Shown: piece after piece, positions 22,705 through 33,850 of the stretch | Numbering within the stretch: position 1 is the stretch's first letter | How the letters are laid out: each line of letters starts with the position of its first letter | Source of the DNA: Alphaproteobacteria bacterium | GTDB lineage: Bacteria; Pseudomonadota; Alphaproteobacteria; UBA828 | Direction: 5' to 3' | Length of the DNA: 64,000 bases | Assembly (NCBI GenBank): GCA_963422645.2 | Contig: CAXXVO010000008.1 | Location: forward strand, 192,001 to 256,000 | Position numbers and translations under genes: made by a program | The notes under the pieces: generated by a model | The model's database searches: none | What the model saw: only the letters and a program-made list of their open reading frames with translations | Told to the model about the DNA's origin: nothing

Positions 22705-24687
22705 ATGACCATCGATTTCATGCCTGAACGGCAGCCGGAAAACAGACCGCGCATCACGGTCTTCGGGGTTGGCGGCGCGGGCGGCAATGCCGTCAACAAC
22801 ATGATCGCCGGCGAGCTCGAGGGCGTAGACTTCGTCGTCGCCAATACCGACGCGCAGTCGCTCTTCCAGTCGCTGTGCGAAAACCGGGTCCGCCTCGGTG
22901 TCAACATCACTCAGGGGCTGGGCGCCGGCGCCCGCGCCGATATCGGCAAGGTAGCCGCGGAGGAAGCCCTCGACGATATTCAGAGCTTTCTCCAAGGGAA
23001 CAACATGGTGTTCATCGCCGCCGGCATGGGCGGCGGTACCGGCACCGGTGCCGCGCCCGTGATCGCCCGCGCAGCCCGGGAGCACGGCATCCTCACGGTG
23101 GGCGTCGCCACCAAGCCGTTCCACTTCGAGGGATCGCAGCGCATGCGGGTCGCGGAACGCGGCATCCAGGAGCTGCACCAATACGTGGACACGTTGATCG
23201 TCATCCCGAACCAGAACCTGTTCCGCGTCGCGAGCGATCAGACCACCTTCGCGGATGCCTTCGGCATGGCTGACGACGTGCTGCACGCGGGCGTGCGCGG
23301 CGTGACCGATCTGATGGTCAATCCCGGCCTCATCAACCTCGATTTCGCCGATATCCGCACGGTGATGGGCACCATGGGCAAGGCCATGATGGGCACCGGC
23401 GAGGCCGAAGGCGAGAGCCGCGCGACCGATGCGGCCGAGGCGGCGACCAACAACCCGCTCCTCGACAATGCGTCGATCGAAGGCGCGCGCGGAGTGCTGA
23501 TCAACGTCACCGGCGGTACCGACGTCACGCTGCACGAAGTGGATGAGGCGGCGTCGCGCGTCTGCAAGCAGGTGGACGAGGAAGCCACGATCATCTTCGG
23601 CACCAGCCTCGATCAGAAGATGGACGGTCACATGCGCGTCGCCGTGATCGCGACCGGCATCGATTCCGATGAGGTTCGTGCGCCGATCCCCGACTCCACC
23701 GACAACATCCATGTCCTCGGCTTTTCCGATCGCAAGGGCGCGAGCGGTGGCGGCACCACGCTGTCGGCGGCAGAGTCCGAGACGGAAGTAGTCGAACCGG
23801 AAGCGGCCCCGTCCTCCGCCGCGACCGGAATCGACCCCTCCGACATCGTCATCCCTGTGGCCGAGGCAGTTGTCGAATCGGCGACGGCCGTGGGCGGTGG
23901 CGGCACCCAGTCCGCGCCGGCAGTGACCACCACGCCGCAGCCGTCGGCCTCACCGCGTGCTCAGAGCCCGGCGTCAACCGAGGCGCGGGCCAAGTCGGAG
24001 CACAGGGCGGTGGCGGCCAACGCAGCCGGTGCCGTCGCAGCGAGGGCGACCGTCGCGGCCGCCGAGGCGAAGGCGGAGCGACCGGCAGCGCGGTTCACGC
24101 CGCCCGAAGCCCGGGCGCCCGAGAAGAGGCCGAGCCCGGCGGTGGAGCGGCCGACGATCGAACGTCGTCGGGTCGAGCGCCCGGCGATCGAACGGCCGAC
24201 ACCCTCGACGCGCCGTGCGGAAAGCGACGATGCGCCGCAGACCGGCAAGCCCTCGCTCTTCGAGCGGATGACGGGTACGGGTCGGGCGCGGCGGAATGGC
24301 GCCGACGGAGATGCGTCGCCCGCCAGCACGCAGCCGCGCACGCCCCCCTCCGCGGAGGCGAAGCCGGCAAGCCCACAGAAAAGCGCTCCCGAGGCCCGGC
24401 TCCGCTCCGACCCGCCGTCGCGCACCGAAAAGGCGCCGGCGCTCGGCGGTGGGATGCCGAAGCCGGCAGCCCCGGCCTCGACGCCTGCGCCGACGCTGGG
24501 CGGCGATGCGCGCGAGGCAGCGACACCGGCACCGAAGCCGTCGCCGGACCTCGGCGCTCAGGCGCCCACGGCGGTGGCTCCGACGCCGGAGCCCTTCCTC
24601 GACGGGTTTTCGCCCTCCAACCGGGCTCCCGGTCGCACGGAGGACCCGCTCGACATCCCGGCATTTCTCCGCCGCCAGGCCAACTGA
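22705..24687 (+). CDS. ftsZ: Cell division protein FtsZ with very long linker
   Basis: [28 protein letters not shown]-terminal [11 protein letters not shown]; ATG 22705 after AAGGAGG. Confidence 0.98.
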   Translation: MTIDFMPERQPENRPRITVFGVGGAGGNAVNNMIAGELEGVDFVVANTDAQSLFQSLCENRVRLGVNITQGLGAGARADIGKVAAEEALDDIQSFLQGNNMVFIAAGMGGGTGTGAAPVIARAAREHGILTVGVATKPFHFEGSQRMRVAERGIQELHQYVDTLIVIPNQNLFRVASDQTTFADAFGMADDVLHAGVRGVTDLMVNPGLINLDFADIRTVMGTMGKAMMGTGEAEGESRATDAAEAATNNPLLDNASIEGARGVLINVTGGTDVTLHEVDEAASRVCKQVDEEATIIFGTSLDQKMDGHMRVAVIATGIDSDEVRAPIPDSTDNIHVLGFSDRKGASGGGTTLSAAESETEVVEPEAAPSSAATGIDPSDIVIPVAEAVVESATAVGGGGTQSAPAVTTTPQPSASPRAQSPASTEARAKSEHRAVAANAAGAVAARATVAAAEAKAERPAARFTPPEARAPEKRPSPAVERPTIERRRVERPAIERPTPSTRRAESDDAPQTGKPSLFERMTGTGRARRNGADGDASPASTQPRTPPSAEAKPASPQKSAPEARLRSDPPSRTEKAPALGGGMPKPAAPASTPAPTLGGDAREAATPAPKPSPDLGAQAPTAVAPTPEPFLDGFSPSNRAPGRTEDPLDIPAFLRRQAN

Positions 24688-24890
24688 GCCCGGCGTTGGA
24701 CTGACTGAACGGGAGATGGGACGGTAACAAACTGTAACAAACAGTGATTTGCCCGCTGATGGCACGTTTGCCAGGATCGTGGCGACTTAGATCGCCGAAT
24801 CCCTTCGGGGTTGTGTCGGGTCCGGTTGGCAAACGTGCCGTCTGCCGTGACGTACCCGAAGAAATCAAGGGGGGCGGCGATTCAGTGTGA

Positions 24891-25838
24891 ATGGCCAAGG
24901 GGGCGGCTCGCGCCCGTACAGCAATGATCCCACAGCAAACCCTCAAGTCGGCCATTCACTGTGCCGGTATTGGCGTACACAGCAACCGCAAGGTGCGCAT
25001 GGAGTTGCGCCCGGCGCCGCCGGGTACCGGCATCGTCTTCTGCCGCACTGACCGGCCGGCCGGCTCCGCTCGGACAATCGAGGCGGTCTACGACAACGTC
25101 GTCGACGCGACGCTCTGCACGGCGATCGGCAACGGCAGGGTCACGGTCCGCACCATCGAGCACCTGATGGCCGCCTTCGCTGGCTGTGGCATCGATAATG
25201 CGGTCGTCGAGCTGGACGGCGAAGAGGTTCCCGCGATGGACGGGAGCGCCGCGCCCTTCGTCTTTCTGATCGAATGTGCCGGCGTCGTCGAGCAGTGCGC
25301 CCCCCGGCGCATGATCGAGGTGCTCAAGCCGATCAGGCTCGGCGACGAGAACCGGTACATCACCATCACGCCGGCCGAGAGGTTCTCCATTCGCTGCGAT
25401 ATCGATTTTGATCATCCGGCGCTCGGCTATCAGTCGGTCGATTTCGATCCGCTGCACACCTGTTTTCGCACGGAGCTCGCGCGGGCCAGGACATTCTGCC
25501 GGGAGTCGGATGTGGCGAGCATCCTCGCCGCTGGCATGGGCCGCGGCGGGTCACTGGAGAACACCGTGGTCATCGGCGACGACGGCCCCCTCAACGAGGA
25601 CGGGCTGCGCTACGCCGACGAGTGCGCGCGCCACAAGGCGCTCGACTGCTTCGGCGACCTTTACCTCGCGGGAGCGCCGATCATCGGCCATGTCCGCTGC
25701 CTGCGCTCCGGCCACGGCATGAACCACGCGCTGCTCGCTGCCCTGTTCGACGATCCCGGCGCGTGGCGCCTCGTCGGCGCGGAGCAGGATACAGGCTTCG
25801 GAGAAGCGGACCGCGAGCCGGTTGCCGCCATCGCGTGA
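24891..25838 (+). CDS. lpxC: UDP-3-O-acyl-GlcNAc deacetylase
   Basis: QQTLK, GIGVHS, TIEHLMAA, MDGSA, ARTF, RHKALD, SGH; the start could be ATG 24924. Confidence 0.95.
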   Translation: MAKGAARARTAMIPQQTLKSAIHCAGIGVHSNRKVRMELRPAPPGTGIVFCRTDRPAGSARTIEAVYDNVVDATLCTAIGNGRVTVRTIEHLMAAFAGCGIDNAVVELDGEEVPAMDGSAAPFVFLIECAGVVEQCAPRRMIEVLKPIRLGDENRYITITPAERFSIRCDIDFDHPALGYQSVDFDPLHTCFRTELARARTFCRESDVASILAAGMGRGGSLENTVVIGDDGPLNEDGLRYADECARHKALDCFGDLYLAGAPIIGHVRCLRSGHGMNHALLAALFDDPGAWRLVGAEQDTGFGEADREPVAAIA

Positions 25839-25988
25839 TGCCAGGCCGCTTGAATAGCGGCGCCGCACGGCTAATTCCAATCCCGATATAGAAGAGTGCT
25901 ATGAGACGCCAACGCGTGCGGCCCTCGCCCGCGTTCGGCAGGTTCGTCTGACGCGTACCCGCGAAGGCCTTCGGATAGAGGAGCGACG

Positions 25989-26999
25989 GTGAGAGCCTGG
26001 GAGCTCGGTGGCCAACAGGGCAGCGTGGACAGTCTGCGGTTGGTCGAACGACCCGATCCCGTACCGGCGGCAGGCGAGGCTCTGGTCCGGATTCGGGTGA
26101 GTGCGCTCAACTACCGCGATCACATGATCCTCAACCTGATCGACAGCGCGCCGAAGCCCGAGCACAGGATCCCGCTGAGCGACGGTGCCGGCGAGGTCAT
26201 GGCGGTAGGCGCCGGCGTGGATCGGGTCAAGCCCGGCGATCGCGTGATGGTGAGCTTCTTTGCGAGCTGGCTCGACGGCCCGCTGCAGCCTGCGCACTTC
26301 GGCACCGATCTTGGCGGCGGCTGCGACGGGACGTTGGCGGAGCTCGCCGCCTTCCCGGCGTCGTCGCTCGTGGCGATCCCCGACTCCCTCAGCGACGAAG
26401 AGGCTGCCTGCCTCCCCTGCGCCGGGCTCACGGCCTGGGTCTCGCTGGTCGAGTTCGGGCAGATGAAGGCGGGCCACACGGTGCTCCTGCTCGGCACCGG
26501 CGGCGTCTCAATCTTCGGCCTCCAGCTCGCGCGCATGATGGGGGCCGACGCGGTCATAACCTCGTCGAGCGACGACAAGCTCGACCGCGCCCGCGCGCTG
26601 GGCGCCACCCACGGCATCAACTACAAGGACGATCCGAGCTGGGGCACAACGGTCGCCGAGCTCACCGGCGGCGCCGATCTGATCATCGAGACCGGCGGCG
26701 CCGCGACGCTGGCACAGAGCATCGAGGCCGCCGCCTTCCACGCGCGCATCGCGCTGATCGGCATGCTGGGCGGGGTCGGAATCGAGAATGACCCGCTCGC
26801 GCTGATCTGGAAGAACGTCCACCTCAAGGGCGTGCTGGTGGGTAGCCGGCGCTCCCTCGAAGAGATGACGAAGGCGATCGACCGCAACGGGCTCAAGCCG
26901 GTGATCGACCGGCGCTTCCCCTTCGCCGAAGCACCGGCTGCTTACCGCCACCTCGCCTCAGGAGCGCATTTCGGCAAGATCGTGATCACTCACGATTAG
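25989..26999 (+). CDS. MDR-family NAD(P)-dependent oxidoreductase
   Basis: LNYRD, SDGAGEV, LPCAGLTAW, GTGGVS, HFGKIVI. Confidence 0.9.
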   Translation: MRAWELGGQQGSVDSLRLVERPDPVPAAGEALVRIRVSALNYRDHMILNLIDSAPKPEHRIPLSDGAGEVMAVGAGVDRVKPGDRVMVSFFASWLDGPLQPAHFGTDLGGGCDGTLAELAAFPASSLVAIPDSLSDEEAACLPCAGLTAWVSLVEFGQMKAGHTVLLLGTGGVSIFGLQLARMMGADAVITSSSDDKLDRARALGATHGINYKDDPSWGTTVAELTGGADLIIETGGAATLAQSIEAAAFHARIALIGMLGGVGIENDPLALIWKNVHLKGVLVGSRRSLEEMTKAIDRNGLKPVIDRRFPFAEAPAAYRHLASGAHFGKIVITHD

Positions 27000-27023
27000 G
27001 CACTGGCGTAGCCCAAAGCCCCA

Positions 27024-27469
27024 TCAATAAGTGTTCAGCCTTTCGAGGTTGGTCTTCCGCAGCTCGTCCTCGGTCAGGCCGAGATCGTAAGCAGGTGAGA
27101 GAATCATCTCGGCTGCCGTCACGGTGATGCTCACGTAGGCGCTCATGCTGGGCCGGTACGGACCCCACGCGGCGTCGAAGGCGGCGTCGAGCGCGGCGTC
27201 GGCGTCGTTCTGGCGAACGATCGCGGCCGTGCCGGTCACCCGCACCGCCCTGCGGGTGACGACGTCGGTGAAGCAGACCTCGACCGCGGGATTGCGGCGC
27301 AGGTTCGCCACCGTCCCGGCGAGCGGATATGGCCGAAGGCGAGGGTGCGCTCGTCCAGAACCACGAAGGTTGCCTTGGGCGAGACCGACGGCGTGCCGTC
27401 GGCGTTCACCGTCGCGACGGCACCGGCGGAAAACCGCCGGATCAGCGTCTGCATCTCATCGGTCAGCAT
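27024..27469 (-). pseudogene. Pyridoxamine 5'-phosphate oxidase-family protein, frameshifted
   Basis: MLTDEM..VATVNADGTPSVSPK..IRSPG in one frame continues as TVANLRRNP.VEV in another; one base is missing in a G run near 27316. Confidence 0.75.
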
Positions 27470-27492
27470 CGCGGCCTCTCCACTGGTGGGTT

Positions 27493-27960
27493 CTACGGGT
27501 TCGCGCCCCAGTCCGGATCGTCGCTGGGTGCGGCCGGGTTTTCGCCAGCGAGCAAACCCTTGCCCGGGATGTGGTTGATCTCCAAGCGAATTCCATCGGG
27601 ATCCTCGAAGACCACGAAGTAGTAGCCGGGCGCCCACTCTCGCTCCATCGGCCCGCGGTCGATCGTCGCGCCCATCGCGCGAAGCTTCGCCGCCGCCTTG
27701 TCGACGTCCTCGCGCGAGCGCGCACGCAGGCACAGGTGGTGCAGCCCCACCCGGTTCTGCACGAAGCGCTCGCCCTCGTAGTCCGGCGCCGCGCGCTGGA
27801 TGCCGAGCGCGGTGCGCCCGCCCACGTGGTAGACGAAGTCGTTGCCGTCGAAGACCCTGTGCATGCCGAGGAAGGGCAGCAGTTCGCAGTAGAACGCCCG
27901 CGCCTCGTCGAAGCTGCTCACGGTGAGCACGACGTGGGCCATGCCGTTGATCTCGATCAT
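27493..27960 (-). CDS. VOC/glyoxalase family protein
   Basis: HVVLTV, GLHHLCLRA.SREDVD, FEDPDGIRLE. Confidence 0.9.
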   Translation of the reverse strand: MIEINGMAHVVLTVSSFDEARAFYCELLPFLGMHRVFDGNDFVYHVGGRTALGIQRAAPDYEGERFVQNRVGLHHLCLRARSREDVDKAAAKLRAMGATIDRGPMEREWAPGYYFVVFEDPDGIRLEINHIPGKGLLAGENPAAPSDDPDWGANP

Positions 27961-28031
27961 CGGGCTCCTCTGGATTACCCGGTGCCGTGACGAGCGGCGC
28001 GGGTAGCGCCGCCGATCAATACAGCACTCCC

Positions 28032-29087
28032 TCAGGCTGCCCGGGATCCCAGCGGCTGACTGCCGCCGAGGCGGTTGAAGACGGCAAGCGAGTCCTCGAT
28101 CAGCGCCCGCTCCAGGCCGCGCACGATGAAGACGACGCGGGATTGGCGGCTCTCGTCCGGCCAGGCGTCGAGGTGCATCGGCGGGTGGATAATGTGCTGC
28201 ACGCCGTTGATGACCACCGGCGTGTCGACGCCTTCAACGTTCAGCAACCCCTTCACTCGTAGGATGTTCTCGCCGTGGGTGTGCAGCAGCATGGTGAGCC
28301 AGATGCCGAAGGCGGTCCAATCCACCGGCTCGTCGTGGACTAGGCAGAACGAGTGGATGCTGGCGTCGTGCCGGTTCACATCGTGGATGTGGCCGTGCAA
28401 CTGGGGTGCCGCCGTCTCCGCCTCGATCCAGCGCAACACTTCCCGGCCCTTGGTGGCGGGGTCGTAGACATCGGCGCGGAGCACGCGCTCCACGTCGACC
28501 GCGCCGTGCTGGCCGATCAGAAACTCGGCCGACGGGTTGATCTGGTCGAGCCGCTGCCTCAACGTCTCGACCGCCTCCGCCTCGGCGATATCGGTCTTGG
28601 TCAGCACGATGCGGTCCGCCACCGCCGCCTGCTTGAGCGATTCCTCCTGGCGGTCGAGCTGGCCGAGGCCGTTCACGGCATCGACCGTGGTGATGATCGT
28701 GCCGAGCCGGTAGTGGTAGCGGAGCGAGACGTCGTTCATCAGCGTGGCGAGGATCGGCGCGGGGTCGGCGAGCCCGGTGGTCTCGACGATCATGCGCCGA
28801 AAAGGCGGCACGATGCCGCGGGCGCGCTTGTCGTGGACCTCCATGATCGCCTGCTTGAGGTCGTCCCGGATGGTACAGCAAAGGCAGCCACTCGAGAGCA
28901 GGACCGTGCTCTCGTCTACGGTTTCGACGAGTTGATGGTCGATGCCGACCTCGCCGAACTCGTTGATGAGCACCGCCGCGTCGCCGAGGGAGGGGTGCTT
29001 CAGCAGGCAGTTGAGCAGCGTCGTCTTGCCGCTGCCCAGAAAGCCGGTCAGCACGATGATCGGCGTCAGTTCGGTATAGGCGCTCAG
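28032..29087 (-). CDS. COG0523/CobW-family metallochaperone GTPase
   Basis: TGFLGSGKTT, NEFGE, GCLCC, ETTGLADP, LRVKG; likely CTG start at 29087 after GGGAG. Confidence 0.9.
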   Translation of the reverse strand: MSAYTELTPIIVLTGFLGSGKTTLLNCLLKHPSLGDAAVLINEFGEVGIDHQLVETVDESTVLLSSGCLCCTIRDDLKQAIMEVHDKRARGIVPPFRRMIVETTGLADPAPILATLMNDVSLRYHYRLGTIITTVDAVNGLGQLDRQEESLKQAAVADRIVLTKTDIAEAEAVETLRQRLDQINPSAEFLIGQHGAVDVERVLRADVYDPATKGREVLRWIEAETAAPQLHGHIHDVNRHDASIHSFCLVHDEPVDWTAFGIWLTMLLHTHGENILRVKGLLNVEGVDTPVVINGVQHIIHPPMHLDAWPDESRQSRVVFIVRGLERALIEDSLAVFNRLGGSQPLGSRAA

Positions 29088-29132
29088 CGCGGTCTCTCCC
29101 GAGTGGCGTTCGCTCTCGCGCGGGCGGGACGA

Positions 29133-30017
29133 TCAGTCCGCGTCTTCGGCCGCGGCACTGCCCTTGCGCCGGTGGCGCTTCGCCTCGTCGGCAACTGCCG
29201 ACGCATCGGCATCGTAGACAAGGCGGTCTGCACCAGCGAGAGCGATGAAGCGCTTGCCACGCGCGCGCCCGATCAGTGTGAGATTGGCCTGGCGGGCGAG
29301 CTCGACGCCCCAGGCGGTGAAGCCCGAGCGCGAGATCAGGATCGGGATGCCCATGGTCACCGTCTTGATGACCATCTCGCTGGTGAGCCGGCCGGTGGTG
29401 TACATGATCTTGCCAGAGGCTCCGATTCCTTTCTGGAACATGTAGCCCGCGATCTTGTCGATGGCGTTGTGACGGCCGACATCCTCCATGTAGATGAGCG
29501 GCCGCGACTCTTCGCAGAGCACGCAGCCGTGGATGGCGCCCGCCGCGAGATAGAGGCTCGGCTGCATGTTGATGGCCCGGCTCAATGCATAGAGCCACGA
29601 GGTCTTGAGGCGAGCCTCCGGGTCCAGCACGGTCGCCTCGAAGCGCTCCATCAGGTCGCCGAACACGGTTCCCTGGGCGCAGCCCGAAGTTAGCGTTTTC
29701 TTGCGGAGCGTTTCCTCAAAATCGGTCGCGCGCTCGGTGCGGACGACGACCGTCTCGATGTCCTCGTCGTAGTCTATGCCGGTCACCTCGTCGTCGTGGC
29801 TCAGCATGTTCTGGTTGAGCAGGTAGCCGAGCGCCAGGTAATCCGGGTAATCGCGGATCGTCATCACCGTGACGATCTCCTGCCCGTTGAGGAAGAGTGT
29901 CAGGGGCCGTTCTTCGACGACGCGGGCTTCGGCCGCCGCGCCGTCCTGATCGACGCCATCGAGCAGGCGCGTGAGGCGCCCGTCCTCGGGGTCCGGCTTG
30001 ACCACGAATGTCCGCAT
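29133..30017 (-). CDS. fdhD: Formate dehydrogenase accessory sulfurtransferase FdhD
   Basis: SGCAQG, GAIHG, EDVGRHNA.DK, TGRLTSEMV.K. Confidence 0.93.
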   Translation of the reverse strand: MRTFVVKPDPEDGRLTRLLDGVDQDGAAAEARVVEERPLTLFLNGQEIVTVMTIRDYPDYLALGYLLNQNMLSHDDEVTGIDYDEDIETVVVRTERATDFEETLRKKTLTSGCAQGTVFGDLMERFEATVLDPEARLKTSWLYALSRAINMQPSLYLAAGAIHGCVLCEESRPLIYMEDVGRHNAIDKIAGYMFQKGIGASGKIMYTTGRLTSEMVIKTVTMGIPILISRSGFTAWGVELARQANLTLIGRARGKRFIALAGADRLVYDADASAVADEAKRHRRKGSAAAEDAD

Positions 30018-30127
30018 GGCGCGCAGGGTGCCACGGCCCGGCGCGGGGTTCCAGAACCGTGCGTCTTTCTCCTATTCCCGCTGGCGCTCTGCGATACTAG
30101 TCGAGGTAGCGGTGGAGTCGCCGACTC

Positions 30128-31564
30128 ATGACACGCAAGACATCCCCGGCCGAGCCGCCGGCGCCCGAGGCGGGCGCCGGGAACGCGCCCAACCGCATGT
30201 GGGGCGGCCGGTTCGAAGCATCGCCCGACGAGGTGATGGAGGCGATCAACGCGTCCATCGACTTCGACCGCCGGCTCTACGCCGAGGACATCGCGGGCTC
30301 CATTGCCCACGTGACCATGCTGGCCAAGCAGGGGATTGTCTCGCATGACGACGCCGAGGCGATCGCGGACGGCCTGCGCCGTGTTCAAGCCGAGATCGAG
30401 GCCGGCGGCTTCTCCTTCGACCGCGCGCTCGAAGACATCCACATGAACATCGAGGCCCGGCTTGCCGCCTTAATCGGCCCGGCGGCCGGCCGCCTCCACA
30501 CCGCGCGCTCGCGCAACGACCAGGTCGCGACCGACCTCCGGCTCTGGCTGCGCGCGCGTCTGGGCCAGGCCGACGAGGCGTGCCGCGCCCTTCAGGGCGC
30601 GCTCATCGATCGGGCCGAGGAGCACGTAGCCACGGTCATGCCGGGTTTCACCCACCTGCAGGTGGCGCAGCCGGTCTCCTTCGGCCATCACCTGCTCGCC
30701 TATGTCGAGATGATCGGGCGCGACCGCGGGCGCCTTGCCGACTGCCGCAAGCGCCTCAACGAATCGCCGCTCGGCGCCGCTGCGCTCGCCGGGACCTCGT
30801 TTCCCATCGACCGCGCCATGACCGCCGAGCTGCTCGGCTTCGACCGGCCCGCGGCCAATTCCATCGACGCGGTCTCCGACCGCGACTTCGTCGTGGAGGC
30901 GCTCGCGGCGGCGGCGCTGATCGCCATGCACCTCTCGCGCTTCGCGGAAGAATTGGTTCTCTGGTCGAGCGCGCAGTTCGGCTTTATCGCGCTCTCCGAC
31001 CGCTTCTCGACCGGCAGCTCGATCATGCCGCAGAAGCGCAACCCCGATGCCGCCGAGCTGGTGCGCGGCAAGAGCGGGCGCATCGTCGGCGCGCTGATCA
31101 GCCTTCTCACCATGATGAAGGGCCTCGCGCTCACCTATTCGAAGGACATGCAGGAGGACAAGGAGCCCTTGTTCGACGCCTTCGATTCGCTCGCGCTTTG
31201 CCTCGCGGCAACGACGGGCATGGTGCGCGACATGTCCGTGAACGCGAACGCGATGGCGCGCGCCGCCGGCACCGGTCACGCAACGGCGACCGACCTTGCC
31301 GACTGGTTGGTGCAGGAGGCAGGCGTTCCCTTCCGCGAGGCGCACGCGATCACCGGGCGGATCGTGCGGCTTGCCGATGAGAACAGTTGTGATCTTAAAG
31401 ACTTGGCGCCTGCCGACCTGCAAGCCATCGAGCCCCGGATTACCGCCGACGTGGTGGCACTACTCGACCCCGCCACGGCCATCGCGCGACGCACCAGCGA
31501 GGGCGGCACGGCGCCGAGCGAGGTCGCGAAACAAGTTGCCCGCGCCCGGCAGCGTTTCTTATAA
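30128..31564 (+). CDS. argH: Argininosuccinate lyase
   Basis: [34 protein letters not shown]. Confidence 0.97.
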   Translation: MTRKTSPAEPPAPEAGAGNAPNRMWGGRFEASPDEVMEAINASIDFDRRLYAEDIAGSIAHVTMLAKQGIVSHDDAEAIADGLRRVQAEIEAGGFSFDRALEDIHMNIEARLAALIGPAAGRLHTARSRNDQVATDLRLWLRARLGQADEACRALQGALIDRAEEHVATVMPGFTHLQVAQPVSFGHHLLAYVEMIGRDRGRLADCRKRLNESPLGAAALAGTSFPIDRAMTAELLGFDRPAANSIDAVSDRDFVVEALAAAALIAMHLSRFAEELVLWSSAQFGFIALSDRFSTGSSIMPQKRNPDAAELVRGKSGRIVGALISLLTMMKGLALTYSKDMQEDKEPLFDAFDSLALCLAATTGMVRDMSVNANAMARAAGTGHATATDLADWLVQEAGVPFREAHAITGRIVRLADENSCDLKDLAPADLQAIEPRITADVVALLDPATAIARRTSEGGTAPSEVAKQVARARQRFL

Positions 31565-31624
31565 GCGCTTCTTATAGAGGCGCCCCTCAGCCGGGCAGAA
31601 GGGCCGCTCGGAGGGCCTAATCAC

Positions 31625-31777
31625 ATGATACGCAAGCTCAGCCTGCTGATGACGATCGTTGCGGCGATCGGCCTGGTCGTCGCCCTGTCGAGCTGCGGCA
31701 GAAAGGGGCCGCTCGAGCCCCCGCCCGCTGAGGCCCACGTGGTGCCTCACGCCGCTCCTGCTACGTTCCAAGCCTGA
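31625..31777 (+). CDS. Small lipoprotein, LptM/YifL-like (50 aa)
   Basis: Manual translation MIRKLSLL...ALSS-CGRKGPLEPP; lipobox plus CGxKGPL motif; below the ORF-track cutoff. Confidence 0.85.
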   Translation: MIRKLSLLMTIVAAIGLVVALSSCGRKGPLEPPPAEAHVVPHAAPATFQA

Positions 31778-31789
31778 CGGGCGCCTGAC

Positions 31790-33058
31790 GTGGATGCATT
31801 CGTCTACCGGGAGGAGAACGGCAGCAGCGTTCTTCACGCCGAGGGAGTCTCCCTCCCCGCGATCGCGGCGCAGTTCGGCACACCCACCTATTGCTACGCG
31901 AACGGGGTCCTCGTCGCCCGCTATCAGGCGCTTGCCCAGGCTGCACCCAACGCGCTCGTCTGCTACGCGGTCAAGGCCAACGACACCCTTGCGGTTGTCC
32001 GCACGTTCGCCCGCCTCGGTGCCGGCGCCGACATCATCTCGGGCGGCGAGCTACGCGGCGCGCTCCGGGCCGGCATCGCGCCGGATCGTCTGGTGTTTGC
32101 CGGACCCGGCAAGACGCGAGACGAGTTGGACCTGGCGCTCGCTGCCGGAGTCGGGCAGTTCAACGTCGAATCTCCGGCGGAGCTTGAGGCTCTCGACGCA
32201 GCGGCGCGCGCTGCGGGCACGCGCGCGCCGCTGGCGCTCCGCGTCAACCCCGATGTTGATGCCGAAACCCATGACAAGATCGCCACCGGCCGGCGGGGCG
32301 ACAAGTTCGGCATCGACGACGCGGATATCCCGGCGCTCTACGCCAGGGCTGCCGCGCTGGAGGGCATCGAGCCGGTCGGCCTTGCCGTGCACATCGGCTC
32401 GCAGCTCTCGCGGCTCGCGCCCTTCGAGGCCGCTTTCGAGCGGCTTATCGCCTTGGTGGAGGATCTGCGTGCGGCCGGCCACCCGGTGACCCGGCTCAAC
32501 CTCGGCGGCGGGCTCGGCGTGCGCTACCGGAACGAGACGCCGCCCGATGTCGAGGCCTACGGCGCGCTGGTCGAGCGCGTCCGCCAGCGTCTCGGTGTGA
32601 CCGTGGTGATCGAGCCCGGCCGCTGGCTGGTGGCGCCGGCAGGCGTCCTGCTCACCCGCGTGATTGCGGTCAAGCAGGCCGGCGAGCGCTGCTGGGCGAT
32701 CGTCGATGCCGCCATGAACGACCTGATGCGGCCCGCGCTCTACGACGCATGGCACGCCATCGAGCCGGTTGCGGAACCCGTGCCGGGCATCGGAACGGCC
32801 GAGACCGATATTGCTGGGCCGATCTGCGAGAGCGGAGACGTGCTGGGGCGCGGGAGGACACTACCCCCGCTTGCCGCCGCCGACCTCTTGGCAGTACGGG
32901 ATGTGGGCGCCTACGGCTCCGTCATGGCGTCGACCTACAACGGGCGGCCGCTGCCGGCCGAGGTCATGGTGCGGGGCGACGCGCTTGCCTGTATCCGGCC
33001 GCGCCAGGACCACAAGGCGTTGCTGGCCCGCGACCTGGTCCCCTCCTGGCTCTCTTGA
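31790..33058 (+). CDS. lysA: Diaminopimelate decarboxylase
   Basis: YAVKAN, KFG, HIGSQ, GGGLG, EPGR, GPICESGD, GAYG. Confidence 0.95.
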   Translation: MDAFVYREENGSSVLHAEGVSLPAIAAQFGTPTYCYANGVLVARYQALAQAAPNALVCYAVKANDTLAVVRTFARLGAGADIISGGELRGALRAGIAPDRLVFAGPGKTRDELDLALAAGVGQFNVESPAELEALDAAARAAGTRAPLALRVNPDVDAETHDKIATGRRGDKFGIDDADIPALYARAAALEGIEPVGLAVHIGSQLSRLAPFEAAFERLIALVEDLRAAGHPVTRLNLGGGLGVRYRNETPPDVEAYGALVERVRQRLGVTVVIEPGRWLVAPAGVLLTRVIAVKQAGERCWAIVDAAMNDLMRPALYDAWHAIEPVAEPVPGIGTAETDIAGPICESGDVLGRGRTLPPLAAADLLAVRDVGAYGSVMASTYNGRPLPAEVMVRGDALACIRPRQDHKALLARDLVPSWLS

Positions 33059-33084
33059 GCGCCGATCCTACGCAGCGCGCTGCG

Positions 33085-33702
33085 CTACTCCTCACTGTCG
33101 GCGACGAAGTCGACCGAGAGCTTGGCCGCCCCTTCCGGCGGATTTTCGAGCCAGCTCTCGAAGGCGGTCAATTGTCCGCCGTCCAGAACGCGCAACAGCA
33201 CCGCCACCGGCCACTCATGCAATTCGGTGCCGGCCTCATCCGCGAGCACCGCACGGAGCGGCGGCAACCTGCGTCCCTTGTCCGTGGTGTTCTCGACAAG
33301 GCCGCGCACAAGCAAGATGGTCCTGTCGCCTTCCTGCACCCGCTCGGATTCGACATCGACGATGCGCAGGCCCTGCGCATGGGGGGCCTGGATCGGCAAG
33401 CCGACGGCATCGTAAATGCTGACCGTACCCGGCCAGCTGTCGACGATCGCGTTGCGCGCGAGTGCGAGGCCTGCGAGGGCGGCAATGACGAAGAGTCCCG
33501 CCGCGGCCCAGCCCGCCCATGCCGGCGGGCGGTCCAGCGGCACCGGCGGCGCGGTCGAGCCGGGCGCCTCCGGCGCATCGGCGCTTGGGGTCTGGTGCCA
33601 GACATGACCGCAGCGCGTGCATCGCACCTGGCGCCCGGCCTCGCCGAGGGCGGAGAGATCGACCTGGTAGCGGGTCGCGCAGGAAGAGCAGCTTACGATC
33701 AT
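33085..33702 (-). CDS. MJ0042-type zinc-ribbon / DUF3426-like membrane protein
   Basis: CSSC.TRY...GRQVRCTRCGHVW, one TM, periplasmic domain. Confidence 0.85.
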   Translation of the reverse strand: MIVSCSSCATRYQVDLSALGEAGRQVRCTRCGHVWHQTPSADAPEAPGSTAPPVPLDRPPAWAGWAAAGLFVIAALAGLALARNAIVDSWPGTVSIYDAVGLPIQAPHAQGLRIVDVESERVQEGDRTILLVRGLVENTTDKGRRLPPLRAVLADEAGTELHEWPVAVLLRVLDGGQLTAFESWLENPPEGAAKLSVDFVADSEE

Positions 33703-33850
33703 GGGGGGCGGGGCAGGGGCCCTCTCTCCTCATCAAGGCCCGTCGCAGGGGGGGTCCGACCAAGTCACCTCACAGCCCGCCCTGTCAAGCCCGGTGCTCG
33801 GTCACGCTGCGGGCAAGTGCCGCAGCCCGGAGCCGCGGGGACGACTGGTC

